Origin: a virus
Taxonomy: Duplodnaviria; Heunggongvirae; Uroviricota; Caudoviricetes
IMG/VR virus record: IMGVR_UViG_2537561709_000008
Reading direction: 5' to 3' (one strand)
DNA length: 7,748 nt
In this document: positions 7,047 to 7,748 of the stretch, piece by piece
Layout of the letters: each line of letters opens with the position of its first letter
Numbering within the stretch: position 1 is the stretch's first letter
Position numbers and translations under genes: made by a program
The notes under the pieces: model-generated
Database searches by the model: none
What the model was told of the DNA's origin: nothing
Seen by the model: the letters and a program-made list of their open reading frames with translations, nothing else

Positions 7047-7748
7047 CCCCTTTCAATTATCTCTTTCGGTGTTTTGAACTTCAGTGTCTTTCTCGGTCTG
7101 TTGTTTAGCTGAGCAGCAACCAGATCTAGTTCATGTTGAGTATATTGGGCAAGACATGTCTTTTTAGGAAAGTACTGCCGAATTAGCCCATTTGTGTTCT
7201 CATTTGTTCCCCGCTGCCAAGGACTCTGAGGATCGCAGAAGTAAACTTTAACGCCGGTGCTGACAGTAAATTCTAGATGTCTGGCCAGTTCCATTCCTCT
7301 GTCCCATGTCAGTGATTTTCTGAGTTCTGACGGTAAACTCAGGAATTTGTCGGTAAGAGCCTGATTTACTGAGACAGAATCTTTGCCCCTGAGTCTGAGG
7401 ATGATCGTATAACGTGATTTTCGGTCTACAAGTGTGGCTATATGAGAGTTTTTTGTACCTGAGACTAAATCGCCCTCCCAATGCCCTAGAGAGCGTCTGT
7501 TATCGATATTTCGGGAACGTTCGTGAATTGGTGTTCCGTTCACTATGTTAATCGTACCTCTTTCGCCTTTGCGGGTATGACGCCTGCCATGGCGAAGGCT
7601 ATGCGACCGTCGCAGATGCTGTATATTCAGGTGGTGTAGCGCTTCACGGCTACGAAAGTACAGCGTTTTATAAATTGTCTCAGGTGATATTCGCAGCGTT
7701 TTTTGACGTGGTTTTGTTCGCCTTAACCATCCTGATATTTGCTCTGGA
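7028..7748 (-). CDS. IS30 transposase, C-terminal about 239 codons (partial; 5' end outside window)
   Basis: Minus-strand frame is open from the window edge: ...PEQISGWLRRTKPRQKTLRISPETIYKTLYFRSREALHHLNIQHLRRSHSLRHGRRHTRKGERGTINIVNGTPIHERSRNIDNRRSLGHWEGDLVSGTKNSHIATLVDRKSRYT...FKTPKEIIERGVALTD, stop TGA at 7030-7028. The track lists only 7028..7543 because it begins at the first GTG. Confidence 0.9.
   Translation of the reverse strand, partial: PEQISGWLRRTKPRQKTLRISPETIYKTLYFRSREALHHLNIQHLRRSHSLRHGRRHTRKGERGTINIVNGTPIHERSRNIDNRRSLGHWEGDLVSGTKNSHIATLVDRKSRYTIILRLRGKDSVSVNQALTDKFLSLPSELRKSLTWDRGMELARHLEFTVSTGVKVYFCDPQSPWQRGTNENTNGLIRQYFPKKTCLAQYTQHELDLVAAQLNNRPRKTLKFKTPKEIIERGVALTD

Larger units (their letters stand above)
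7021..7748 (-). mobile_element. IS30, partial (one terminus at 7021, element continues beyond window end)
   Basis: Terminus TGTAGATTCAATCTGTCAATGCAA at 7021 matches the IS30 terminal repeat as I recall it, and the internal ORF translates to the IS30 transposase C-terminal region. Confidence 0.85.

Noticed and set aside
6622-7077. Track ORF of 151 aa treated as a single intact protein
   Set aside because: Its first 44 codons (upstream of ATG 6754) are Arg/Pro/Thr-rich with no SD and look like non-coding read-in, and its last 18 codons are read-through into the IS30 terminal repeat. Only 6754..7020 is genuine gpD sequence.
7248-7481. Minus-strand 77-aa ORF inside IS30
   Set aside because: It is an alternative frame embedded within the IS30 transposase coding region, and the transposase frame is continuous and matches the known protein.
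1-7748. CRISPR arrays, tRNA or rRNA genes, integrase/att site
   Set aside because: No regularly spaced direct repeats, no cloverleaf-like or rRNA-like sequence and no integrase-like ORF were seen; the only repeats are IS termini, the short motifs flanking the FI-U block and the terminator hairpin.

Overview
This window is a degraded P2-type (Peduovirus-like) contractile-tail gene block from an enterobacterial prophage, bracketed by two unrelated insertion sequences. All calls rest on reading the translations and sequence by eye; no database search was possible. On the minus strand, in transcription order, are tail sheath FI (6596-5412), tail tube FII (5412-4900), tail chaperone E with its -1 frameshift extension E' (4845-4316, slippery T_TTT_TTG at 4534-4528), a tape measure gene T split into two reading frames (4365-2239 and 2362-1526), and tail protein U (1519-1025). 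Downstream of U, where P2-like phages carry gene D, there is instead an AT-rich cassette: a sigma70-like promoter, a Shine-Dalgarno site, a roughly 190-aa hexapeptide-repeat acetyltransferase of the serine-acetyltransferase type (868-296), and a rho-independent terminator. An IS3-family element (IS629/IS1203-like end and OrfA start) occupies 1-222. Gene D is present only as an 89-codon 5' fragment on the plus strand (6754-7020), divergent from FI and cut by an IS30 copy (7021 to window end). The most interesting points are the non-canonical gene order (D divergent from FI, a moron in D's place), short direct repeats at both ends of the FI-U block, the tape measure frameshift, and the self-contained acetyltransferase as a candidate lysogenic-conversion gene. 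No tRNA, rRNA or CRISPR array was seen.
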